DNA from: Mobula hypostoma
Taxonomy: Eukaryota
Assembly: GCF_963921235.1 (NCBI RefSeq)
Contig: NC_086117.1
Location: 24,862,001 to 24,926,000, forward strand
DNA length: 64,000 bases
Direction of reading: 5' to 3'
Below the pieces are notes generated by a model. That model was not told where the DNA came from. It worked only from the letters and a program-made list of their open reading frames with translations, and made no database searches. This document shows, piece by piece, positions 63,401-64,000 of the stretch. Positions within the stretch are counted from its first letter, which is position 1; each line of letters begins with the position of its first letter. The translations under genes and the position numbers were made by a program.

Positions 63401-64000
63401 GAACATAGAACGTAGAAATCTACAGCACATTACAGGATCTTCGGCTCACAATGTTGTGCCGACCTGCTTGAGAAATTGCCCAGAATTACCCTACCGTATA
63501 ATCCTCAATTTTTCTAAGTTCCATGTACCTACCTAAGAGTCTCTGAGTTCCATGCACCCACCACTCTCTGTGTGGAAAAACTTCCTTCTGACACCCCTTG
63601 GTACCTACTTCCAAGCATCTTAAAACTATGCCCCCTTATGTTAGCCATTTCAGTCCTGGAAAAAAGCCTCACAATCCACACAATTAATGACTCTCATCAT
63701 CTTATACACCTCTATCAAGTCACATCTCATCCTCTGTCGCTCCAAGGAGAAAAGGCTGAGTTCACTCAACCTATACTCATAAGGCATGCTCTCCAATCCA
63801 GGCAACATCCTTGTAAATCCCCTCTGCACTCTTTCTATAGCGTCCACATTCTTCCTGGAGTGAGGTGACTAGAACTGAACACAGTACTCCGAGTGGAGTC
63901 TAACCAAAGTCTTGTATAATTGTAACATTACCTCAAGGCTCTTGAACTCAGTCCCACAGTTGACGAATGCCAACACACCATACACCTGCTTAACAACACT
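63401..64000 (-). mobile_element. CR1 LINE 3' fragment running off the window
   Basis: Minus-strand IERVQRGFTRMLPGL...RMRCDLIEVYKMM; tail reads GAACATAGAACGTAGAA on plus. Confidence 0.88.

Overview
Eukaryotic vertebrate genomic DNA. The repeat content (V-domain tRNA SINEs, CR1, Rex1/Babar, abundant Penelope-like pLTRs) suggests a cartilaginous fish, probably a ray; this is an inference. I reconstructed four spliced genes by hand, with consistent GT-AG phases: the last 5 coding exons of CIZ1 (+), complete BBLN/C9orf16 (-, 2 exons, 76 aa), complete PTGES2 (+, 7 exons, 375 aa), and the 5' part of ODF2 with the cenexin-type N-terminus (+, 7 coding exons, continuing beyond the window). Introns and intergenic DNA hold nested mobile elements: Rex1/Babar and CR1 LINE fragments, Tigger/pogo deletion derivatives, a solo LTR inside a Tigger, hAT MITEs and SINEs. 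The most unusual signal is a family of very short, target-site-duplicated Penelope pLTR insertions carrying minimal hammerhead-ribozyme cores (CTGAnGA...GAAACGTC), clustered upstream of the ODF2 promoter. One is a perfect 113-bp-arm palindrome with a ribozyme core on each strand. Gene and repeat identities come from recalled sequences and motifs, not from database searches.
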